Assembly: GCA_902500205.1 (NCBI GenBank)
Contig: GCA_902500205.1_4868.1
Strand: one strand, 5' to 3'
Source: Escherichia coli
GTDB taxonomy: Bacteria; Pseudomonadota; Gammaproteobacteria; Enterobacterales; Enterobacteriaceae
DNA length: 64,000 nt
Positions 49,977 to 57,885 of this stretch are shown piece after piece. The position numbers were made by a program, and so were the translations under genes. Each line of letters starts with the position of its first letter. Position 1 is the first letter of the stretch. The notes under the pieces are model-generated. The model searched no databases. It worked only from the letters and a program-made list of their open reading frames with translations, and was not told the origin of the DNA.

Positions 49977-49988
49977 GGAGTATTTAAA

Positions 49989-51689
49989 ATGCAGCTTGTA
50001 AATCTACTGATGTATCCGGTCTACGATGTTCCAGAGCAAGTTCGTCGCCGCATCGGCTTTAACGCATCGACGGGTGCACTGGATGACTTAGCAGCAGCGG
50101 TTGAACTGGGCGGGGAAAAAGCTGTGGGAACACAGCAGTATCAAGAAGCATTATCTGCCATCGTGGGCTTCGATGGCACCCAGAATGGTTTTGAGCGTCC
50201 ATTCATCAACGTGTCCGATGATGACAATCGTCCTGTACAGTTCCAATGGGAATCACGTGATACCGGTATCTTTAACTTCGTGGCGGTGTTTATTGCTAAA
50301 CCTCTGAATGCAACACGCACTCAGGAAACGCAATACATCGTCTCCGGTTATACCAGTCAGGCAGAAACCAGCCTGGGTAGCTTGCTGCCGGACGATATGG
50401 TGTTGTACATTAACGACATCTACGGCTTACAGGCAACGTATACACACGATGCCCTGGGCGGCAAAACATTGAACCCAGACTCATTCCGTCTACTGGATAA
50501 CTACGTTTTATCGAAAGCGTTGTCTGTTGAAGGTCAAACAGAAAGTACGGTAGATATCATTTCGATCGCGAAAGCGGCGGACATGGTAAAACGTATTGAA
50601 ATGAATAGCGGTGAGAAGTTCGTCCCAACGAGCGACTCTGTGCTATCCGCAACCAGTAGCTCTGCACCACAGTTGATGGTATCCCAACTCCAGCGTCCAG
50701 AAAACTACGTATCTGCCATCAGTAATGCGTATCTGGCAAGCTCTGGGGTAGATACCGAACTCGGTAGCGTGGAAAGCTTCTTTGCAGGTAATAACTCCAT
50801 CGGCGTTGAATCTGAATTGAAGCAACGTGGTGTTATCCGTAACTACAGCAACCACGAACTGATTGCTGCGATGCGTCAAGCACTCCAGAACGGGATGTCT
50901 GATGTATCTGGCGGCTGGAAAGCAACCAGTAAGGCGACGTTCCGTTTGGCTGATTTGCGTAATGCGATTGTCAACCCAATGCGGTTGGATGAATGTATCC
51001 GTGAATCGCTGGCGCTGGCAAGTCGCCGTGGGTTGGGTGCAGGGCTGGTTAACCAAACCGACCACTGGATTGGACGTAATGGCTTCTCCACGCAGGGTAG
51101 TCTAGTTGCGTATGATCTGGCTATGTCTATCGGGCCGATTATGTCACGTAACCTGATTGGTGAAGTGAGCTTTGTCTTTGATAACCGCAACACAGATATC
51201 ATGATAGAGCCTACGCTGGAAGTTATTCCTAACTCAGTCAGCAGCATCACGCACCATCAGTTACCTGCTGCTTTAGGTCGTCGTTTCTTGCAGAACATGA
51301 AAGAAGCGATGGTTCAGGTTACTAAACATAACCATATTCGCTGCCACATGCTGGTCACCGCATTGTTGGGGACCGTTACTCGTATTGAAATCCGTGTCGA
51401 CGACGAACCGCTGGAATATTACACCTACGCGTCGTTTATGCAATTCCGTCTCCATACCGGCAACACCACCGATCTCAAATACGTTGGTGAGCTGGCACAG
51501 AACACCGCAACGCTGTTGAAAGCCGTGGAAGAAGGTTATACAGAATTCGAGAAAGGCCAAGGCCGGGGTCGAATGCTATCTAACATTCCAACTAACACAG
51601 GTGGCTTAGATCCTCTTGGAGGTCTTGACCTGGGTGGTGGCTTAGGCGGTATAGGCGGAAACGGACTCGGCAACGGTCTCATTGATTAA
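49989..51689 (+). CDS. hypothetical protein with Gly-rich low-complexity C-terminal tail (566 aa)
   Basis: Conserved leader TAAGGAGTATTTAAAATG; C-terminus GGLDPLGGLDLGGGLGGIGGNGLGNGL. Confidence 0.6.
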   Translation: MQLVNLLMYPVYDVPEQVRRRIGFNASTGALDDLAAAVELGGEKAVGTQQYQEALSAIVGFDGTQNGFERPFINVSDDDNRPVQFQWESRDTGIFNFVAVFIAKPLNATRTQETQYIVSGYTSQAETSLGSLLPDDMVLYINDIYGLQATYTHDALGGKTLNPDSFRLLDNYVLSKALSVEGQTESTVDIISIAKAADMVKRIEMNSGEKFVPTSDSVLSATSSSAPQLMVSQLQRPENYVSAISNAYLASSGVDTELGSVESFFAGNNSIGVESELKQRGVIRNYSNHELIAAMRQALQNGMSDVSGGWKATSKATFRLADLRNAIVNPMRLDECIRESLALASRRGLGAGLVNQTDHWIGRNGFSTQGSLVAYDLAMSIGPIMSRNLIGEVSFVFDNRNTDIMIEPTLEVIPNSVSSITHHQLPAALGRRFLQNMKEAMVQVTKHNHIRCHMLVTALLGTVTRIEIRVDDEPLEYYTYASFMQFRLHTGNTTDLKYVGELAQNTATLLKAVEEGYTEFEKGQGRGRMLSNIPTNTGGLDPLGGLDLGGGLGGIGGNGLGNGLID

Positions 51690-51701
51690 GGATTATTAAC
51701 C

Positions 51702-53069
51702 ATGAAATTGATTGAATTCTACCGTTCGTTTCTGACCTCGCTCGGATACGGATTCGAAGGTGACATGTTGACCATCGATGATGGTCATCCGGCAATGTTC
51801 ACCTACAACAAAGTGAAGCGCCGCTTGGTGCTTCCAACTGCAGCGATGATTAAGCGTGGGTTGGAAGATGACGAAGGTAGTGAATGTCATGCGTTCCACC
51901 CACTGTGTGAATCGGTACTGGCTGGCGAATCTGGAACGATTCGTTTCCTGAAGAAAGCCATCAGCGCGAACCTCTTCCTGAAAAGCTTCGAGTTAATCGA
52001 TGCGATTTTGGAAACAGCAGCCGAAGGAAAAAATATCCGTCTGGCATCGTACAAGAAGTTTTTAAGCGATGTGGTTTGTGCTGACCTGAAAGATCCAACG
52101 ATGGATAAGAAACTGGTTCAGAGCTGGCACGCAGTGAAGAACTACGTTTACGGGTTGCTGGAAGAAGATAAAAAGACAAAGATCACCAGTATCTTCATCT
52201 CCAGCGATATGACCATTGAAGGTATCAAATATATCCGCGTGGCGAACTACAAACACATGTTTGAAGAAGAGTCACTGGATGGTACGGCAACATTCTTCGG
52301 TGCCAAGCTCCAGCGTAAGCAGGATAAGGTCATTATCTTTAACCTGCTAACTGCAGTGTTTGGTTGGTATCCTTCGGTTACGGGTTCTAACGATCCGCGT
52401 CCGTACTTCGGTTCTTTGGCACGCGGTTGGGCACAATACGTGACCAACTACAATCAAGTGGTTCGTGGTCTGCGTGACCACACTCCACTGCGTCCGTTAG
52501 AAGAAGAATGGATTGGCCAACTGGATAACATGAGCGTTTATGATAACGTTATCCAAACTCTGCCGTATAATACCGGCCCACGTAACGATCAGGCAACAGA
52601 CACCACCGCAACGGATTTCCGTATCGGGCGTACACCTGCCGGTACAAAGCCGGTCGTTGCTTTAGCTTCTCAACAAGCTCCGCAGGAAAATCTTGATCTC
52701 AACGATCCGGTAAACTATTTCCGTGCGAAGAAAGCGCAACAGGCGTCTTCAGCTAATAGCTTCAATGCGTTAGCACCGAAGATTCAGGAAGCGCTGCGTG
52801 AGAACAACGGCCATTTACCGAAAGGGACAATTAAAGAACTGTCTCTCGGTGAAGCGCTGCGTGGTAATGCGGTGACGAAAGAAAGTGGTCTGGGTTCTGG
52901 TTTGCTGGGAAGTAGTAATAATCTCTTGGGGGGTAGCACGCAGTTGGGCGGCGGTAGCACCAACCTCTTAGGAGGGAGTAGTGACGTGTTAGGTGGTCTG
53001 GGTGGTTTAGGTGGCGGAAGTAGCAGCATTTTAGGCAACCTACCATTCTCATCAGCTAATTTACGTTAA
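51702..53069 (+). CDS. hypothetical protein with Gly/Ser/Leu-rich low-complexity C-terminal tail (455 aa)
   Basis: C-terminal repeats of LLGG/LGG over the last 80 residues or so; terminator downstream. Confidence 0.6.
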   Translation: MKLIEFYRSFLTSLGYGFEGDMLTIDDGHPAMFTYNKVKRRLVLPTAAMIKRGLEDDEGSECHAFHPLCESVLAGESGTIRFLKKAISANLFLKSFELIDAILETAAEGKNIRLASYKKFLSDVVCADLKDPTMDKKLVQSWHAVKNYVYGLLEEDKKTKITSIFISSDMTIEGIKYIRVANYKHMFEEESLDGTATFFGAKLQRKQDKVIIFNLLTAVFGWYPSVTGSNDPRPYFGSLARGWAQYVTNYNQVVRGLRDHTPLRPLEEEWIGQLDNMSVYDNVIQTLPYNTGPRNDQATDTTATDFRIGRTPAGTKPVVALASQQAPQENLDLNDPVNYFRAKKAQQASSANSFNALAPKIQEALRENNGHLPKGTIKELSLGEALRGNAVTKESGLGSGLLGSSNNLLGGSTQLGGGSTNLLGGSSDVLGGLGGLGGGSSSILGNLPFSSANLR

Positions 53070-53079
53070 GCGTTAGAAA

Positions 53080-53107
53080 GAAGGGACTGGGCGTCCCTTC
53101 TTTTTTT
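53080..53107. terminator. intrinsic terminator (probably bidirectional)
   Basis: Hairpin GAAGGGAC-TGGG-CGTCCCTTC plus T-run. Confidence 0.7.
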
Positions 53108-53430
53108 CAAGATTCTACGATAGTCGATAAGATGTTACTTACCACACCGACACTAGGAACCAATAAGGTTCTTATCTCTGGCGTGAAATCAAACGGAGTA
53201 GAAATTCCGTTCATTAACATCATCGGATAAATAATACTATTATCGTACTGTTTGAGACGACAGTACGCGTAGAAACTGTGTACCTCTGGGTAGGCATATT
53301 TTGGGTCAACAACTTCTTCTGTAGTATCTGGGTGTTTGCGAAGGAAGTCTGTATAGTCATGCAACACCTTATACTTGGTCGAATCAGGCGAAGGTATTAT
53401 TTCGGATAAGGTAGCAAATTTATCTAGCAT
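53107..53430 (-). CDS. hypothetical protein (107 aa)
   Basis: AGGAGA upstream of the minus-strand ATG 53430. Confidence 0.55.
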   Translation of the reverse strand: MLDKFATLSEIIPSPDSTKYKVLHDYTDFLRKHPDTTEEVVDPKYAYPEVHSFYAYCRLKQYDNSIIYPMMLMNGISTPFDFTPEIRTLLVPSVGVVSNILSTIVES

Positions 53431-53450
53431 CGTCTCTCCTTAAAATAAAA

Positions 53451-53474
53451 CAGATAGATATTATCTTACCGAGG
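53451..53474 (+). promoter_or_regulatory. phage promoter-like motif, class 1 (CAGATAGATATTATCTTACCGAGG)
   Basis: Conserved motif copy about 25 nt upstream of the RNAP beta gene start. Confidence 0.5.
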
Positions 53475-53496
53475 TAACCAAAAGGAGCATTTACGA

Positions 53497-55734
53497 ATGA
53501 AAACACCAGTCGAACTCATGTCAAGCGTTGCTGACCGTGAGGTGAATATCACTGGCGTATCTGGGGCACGTGCCTCAATGGTGGGTGGACATATGAAGTC
53601 GGCGGTACCACTGGACAATCCAGATCCGACTATCCATTTTACCGGCGCTGATGTGAACTACCACGATTATTGTTTTAACGATATCGTGGAAGATAGTGGT
53701 ACTGTGTGCAGTTACACAACCAAAGAAGGTGTTACTCGTGCAGCTGTTTTTGCACGCTATGGTCGTGAAGGGGATCACGATCCGCTCCAGCATGTTATCT
53801 TCTTCACGCGCGCAGATTTAACCAACCAGCGCAAAGTGATGATTGATGTAATCGATATTAAGTATTACACCAACCACGATAACATTTTCTCGTCTAAGAA
53901 AGAGGCTACTGGGAAACTTCAGGCGTTGCTGCGCGGACAGACGCAGCACCTGGAAAAAGATGAAATGCTTACCGTACTGCCGGCACAGAAAGACGGTGAG
54001 TTTGTCGATGGGGTCAATCTGCACACTGTGACAATGTCGCACCCAGACATTATCGAGGACTCGTACACCATCTCCGAAACTGCAGCGAAGGCGATGCACG
54101 CTTATGGTTTGCGTGCAATCGACTTTACCTTGCGCGACGACGAGTACCTGCTTGATACGTATGGGACAACGGGTATTGATGGCGTTCGTCGGCCACAGTA
54201 CCTGCCCAATAAAGGACAGGCAATTCGCGATGATGGGTTGGTTATAGCCGCGCGTCGTTTCGATAAGCTGTGGGCGGCTATTGACTCGCACGTGGGCGAA
54301 ACACAACATATCTCTCCGCACTTCGACCGTTGTGAGTATGTTGACGCTGACCCTGAGCATTACAAAGCGCGTCAGGCCGGCGACTTTGAAAAGATGGAAC
54401 GTACTGGTTCTCGTGTCGTTGATATTCAGGTATGGCGGGACGAAACCAAATGCGATCGTGGTGTTAACAATATCGCATGTACCGAAGAGAACAAACGCGA
54501 GTTAGATCACTACGCGAACGCTTTGAAACGTTTTTACAATGATATCGTGCGGTTCTATTTTGCGATGTCCAAAGACAAGAACATTGTCTGGTCACCGAAA
54601 GCGTTTGAGATCCTTGACAAGGCGTTCTGTTCTGAGACGTATGAAGTCTATAACGACTTCCGTGAAGAGATTGGTCGTGAATACGATGAAGCCATGCGCA
54701 AAGGCGAGTATAACCGTTCTGCTGATAAGAACGTGTTAAACAAACTGGCGCAGCCGGTTCAGCGTGGTCTCTGGGACCCAATTGGTAGTTACACGATACG
54801 CATCGTGGTACGTTATCCAATCCCAGTTACCGTCTCATCGAAAATCACCGACCGTTCAGGTACAAAAGGTATCGTGGGTGCAGTGCGGCCTGATGAAGAA
54901 ATGCCGATTAACGAGTTCGGAGAACGTGTGCATGTCATTCGTTCCATGAACGCCGTAATTCGTCGTTCGACTTATGCTGCGCTGTTCCACATGTATTGGT
55001 CTGCTGCATCCGAGCAGTTGAAGATGCGGTTGAAACCTTTACTTGCCGCCAACCAGGTTGACGAAGCCTGGGAAATCCTGATGGACTATATCGATCGCTA
55101 TAACCCACGCTGGACATTCTATCTCAATGCCAGTCACCCGGATACTGGGTCACGTCTGGAACTCTTTAAAGAGATTTACGACTTCACGATTCGTATCTGG
55201 CTTCCCCACGAATTGAATGCTACCCAGGTAGAAATCTGCCGTGCTCTAGGCGAGTATGCACCACGCAAGTCTAAGCTACTGATTACTAACTATCAGGGTG
55301 AGAAAGAGTGGACGAAGAACCAGTTCTACGTCGGCATGGTAGAGACTCTGCGCCTGGATAAAACCGGTCGTGAGTTCTCCAGTATCTCGTCGATGTACAC
55401 GAACTATTTGGGTTGTATTGATGCATCCAACCAAGGACGTGGTTCATATCCGATTAACCTGAAAGGGTTGAAGTGGGGTGGTCCTTCCGAGCAGCGTCTT
55501 ACCGACGGCTTTGGTCCGGGCAACTTCCCCGAAACTCATGACCGCGCTAATAACCCTGCGGTACACCGTGCGATCGTAACGGGGCTGTATAACTCGCCAA
55601 CACCAACCAATCCGGGGGTGCTGGTCGATCGTAAGAAACTGCCAATGGGTGATTCGCAGATTGACAGGATGATACGTAACATCCATCGCTGTGAAGGTTT
55701 TGAATTAGTGCGTCCAATTCGGGAGGATAAATAA
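53497..55734 (+). CDS. RNA polymerase beta subunit, C-terminal portion (split-gene form)
   Basis: DRSGTKGIVGAVRPDEEMPINEFGERVHVIRSMN matches bacterial beta GRHGNKGVISKI.PIEDMPYDENG..PSRMN; EDSYTISE and LDKTGREFSSIS match further beta blocks. Confidence 0.75.
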   Translation: MKTPVELMSSVADREVNITGVSGARASMVGGHMKSAVPLDNPDPTIHFTGADVNYHDYCFNDIVEDSGTVCSYTTKEGVTRAAVFARYGREGDHDPLQHVIFFTRADLTNQRKVMIDVIDIKYYTNHDNIFSSKKEATGKLQALLRGQTQHLEKDEMLTVLPAQKDGEFVDGVNLHTVTMSHPDIIEDSYTISETAAKAMHAYGLRAIDFTLRDDEYLLDTYGTTGIDGVRRPQYLPNKGQAIRDDGLVIAARRFDKLWAAIDSHVGETQHISPHFDRCEYVDADPEHYKARQAGDFEKMERTGSRVVDIQVWRDETKCDRGVNNIACTEENKRELDHYANALKRFYNDIVRFYFAMSKDKNIVWSPKAFEILDKAFCSETYEVYNDFREEIGREYDEAMRKGEYNRSADKNVLNKLAQPVQRGLWDPIGSYTIRIVVRYPIPVTVSSKITDRSGTKGIVGAVRPDEEMPINEFGERVHVIRSMNAVIRRSTYAALFHMYWSAASEQLKMRLKPLLAANQVDEAWEILMDYIDRYNPRWTFYLNASHPDTGSRLELFKEIYDFTIRIWLPHELNATQVEICRALGEYAPRKSKLLITNYQGEKEWTKNQFYVGMVETLRLDKTGREFSSISSMYTNYLGCIDASNQGRGSYPINLKGLKWGGPSEQRLTDGFGPGNFPETHDRANNPAVHRAIVTGLYNSPTPTNPGVLVDRKKLPMGDSQIDRMIRNIHRCEGFELVRPIREDK

Positions 55735-57839
55735 TGGCGGGTCGTTCTGTACACGTACGTGATTTGCGTATGCTTAACTCTGATCAGGTGTGGAAACTAC
55801 GCGGGCGTTATTACGTGACGTTTGACGATGGTAAGTCGTTGGAAATGTCTAGTCGCCACATCAAACTCAGCTGGCCGTATTGGGGTGTGTCGCGTCTGTA
55901 TCCGCAGGTGCCCACTCCATCGACCATGGCGTATCGTCCAGGTCAGGTAGCAACAGATGACCTGCATCTGGACTTTATGTCGGAAGCAGCGGTACTGGCC
56001 CGTAAAGCAGGTGTCGACCTTGCTGAAACGCGTTATATCTTGAGTCAACATGTCTACGCCGATGCGTTCAACATGACAGTGAAGAACTTGCTGTCCTATT
56101 GTACGACAATCGACTTTGATACGATGATGGAGATCTACGACCACCCGAACTTCGAACTCATCCGTCAGTGGGAAGTGCAATACCCTACTGGCTACGATGA
56201 AGATGGTCGGGATATGGTTGAAGAAGCGTACAAGCTTATCGAGAAAATCTTCAAAGACCCTGCGCTACGGTATAACCCGGTCGTGATGTCGGTACTGGAC
56301 GGTACTGTGAAGATGAACCAGGTACTGCAAGCCTTCGTGCGTGGTAAAACGTCAGAAATTGACTCACGTGTATACACCAATCAGGTGTGGGAAGGCTTCT
56401 TTACCGGAATGCACTCGGTTATTTCGCGTTTGAAAGAATCCGGTGCAACTTCACGTTCCCACTTGTACAACACTGACAAGATTGCCGAAGCAGAATACGC
56501 CTCACGTAAACTGCAGTTGGCAGCAAACGTACTGATGTATTTCACGTACGACGACTGCGGTACAACTCACGCACACCGCTACACGTTTAAGGATACGCAG
56601 CTGGATGAGCGTGCCTATAAAGCGATGGTGGGGATGCGTTATCGTTTAGAAGGCGATAATGGTCCGTGGTTGAGATTTGAGAAAGGTGGATACGCAGACC
56701 TGGTTGGCAAACCGCTGGTCTTCCGTAGTGCCATGACCTGTAAAGAGATGGCGAATCAGTCCATCTGTGCGACCTGTATGGGGGATTTGATTTATAACCT
56801 CTCTGAAGGTACGTCACCAGGTCACCTGGCGTCCACGTCCATCTCGGAAAAGGGTACACAGGGAATTCTCTCTACCAAGCACCTTGACTTCTTGCGTTAT
56901 CTGCTCAACCTGGTACTCACCCCACGTATGCGTGAGTATATGACCGAATACAAACATAACTCTCTGAAAGGGTTGTGCTTGCTACCAAAACCACAGCGTG
57001 GTAATTGGTCAGAATACGAGTTGGTTGTTACCGACAAAGTTTATTCGGAGCTGAGCCAGATTGCGTACCATGAAGATCTCGATGCAATTGATGAAACGGC
57101 ATTACCAGAAATCACCGACTTAACTTTCCAACGTCGTTTAGAAGATGGGCAGATAATCGCTGCGGATTCTATCGATGTGCGAATGGGTGTTTGTGGGAAC
57201 TTCTCTAAACCGTTCCTGCACTACTTCTTGAAACAACGAGCGAACATTCGTATCGAGAAGAAGACGGTAGAAATCCCCTTAAAAGGATGGAACCCGAAAC
57301 ACCCGGTCCTGGTCTACACCAACCGTTCTGAATCGATGGCAGAATTCGTAGCCGGCTTAGAAACCAAGCTCCGTTCGATTGCAGCTGATAAGAACGAAGA
57401 CATTGTGGAAATCATCAACACAGCCTCGACTGTGAAGCTGAACAAGAAACAAGGTCGTGTGAAACCGGTGACGTTGGTTGAAATGGGTGGTGCTACAGAG
57501 AAACAGTGTACTTATGCGTTGATGGACACGTTTAAGTATATCCAGCGTAAGCTGAGTGGTATACCGATGACGCACATTGCGATTATGTTGGCGATATCTC
57601 GCGTAGAGTCACCAACCAATCCGTTCCCGGCGGTAGGATTTGACAGTGAAGATTCTACTAATGCTACAGGGAAACGGTTTGTCGATCACAACACGCTCAT
57701 TAGTTTGCGCTCGGCAATTCCGATGTTGTTGTTTGAAGGACAGCAGGGGAACATCGATCGCGTTGGTTTTTATACCGAGTACAAAATCCCGGCATCGTTG
57801 TACGATGACCTAGGAGCCGCTGTGGTAATTGAGTTGTAA
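55734..57839 (+). CDS. RNA polymerase beta-prime subunit, C-terminal portion (split-gene form)
   Basis: ICATCMGDLIYNLSEGTSPGHLASTSISEKGTQGILSTKHL matches beta-prime CAHCYGRDL...SIGEPGTQLTMRTFH; ATGG overlap with the beta gene. Confidence 0.7.
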   Translation: MAGRSVHVRDLRMLNSDQVWKLRGRYYVTFDDGKSLEMSSRHIKLSWPYWGVSRLYPQVPTPSTMAYRPGQVATDDLHLDFMSEAAVLARKAGVDLAETRYILSQHVYADAFNMTVKNLLSYCTTIDFDTMMEIYDHPNFELIRQWEVQYPTGYDEDGRDMVEEAYKLIEKIFKDPALRYNPVVMSVLDGTVKMNQVLQAFVRGKTSEIDSRVYTNQVWEGFFTGMHSVISRLKESGATSRSHLYNTDKIAEAEYASRKLQLAANVLMYFTYDDCGTTHAHRYTFKDTQLDERAYKAMVGMRYRLEGDNGPWLRFEKGGYADLVGKPLVFRSAMTCKEMANQSICATCMGDLIYNLSEGTSPGHLASTSISEKGTQGILSTKHLDFLRYLLNLVLTPRMREYMTEYKHNSLKGLCLLPKPQRGNWSEYELVVTDKVYSELSQIAYHEDLDAIDETALPEITDLTFQRRLEDGQIIAADSIDVRMGVCGNFSKPFLHYFLKQRANIRIEKKTVEIPLKGWNPKHPVLVYTNRSESMAEFVAGLETKLRSIAADKNEDIVEIINTASTVKLNKKQGRVKPVTLVEMGGATEKQCTYALMDTFKYIQRKLSGIPMTHIAIMLAISRVESPTNPFPAVGFDSEDSTNATGKRFVDHNTLISLRSAIPMLLFEGQQGNIDRVGFYTEYKIPASLYDDLGAAVVIEL

Positions 57840-57842
57840 ACC

Positions 57843-57869
57843 GAGGGGCCTTGCGCCCCTCTTTTTTTG
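57843..57869 (+). terminator. intrinsic terminator
   Basis: Hairpin GAGGGGC-CTTGC-GCCCCTC plus T-run. Confidence 0.7.
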
Positions 57870-57885
57870 TGCGAAGAGGGGTAGC

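Noticed and set aside
57829-57885. Upstream alternative start of the helicase ORF
   Set aside because: It lies inside the intrinsic terminator hairpin of the preceding gene; ATG 57886 follows the terminator.
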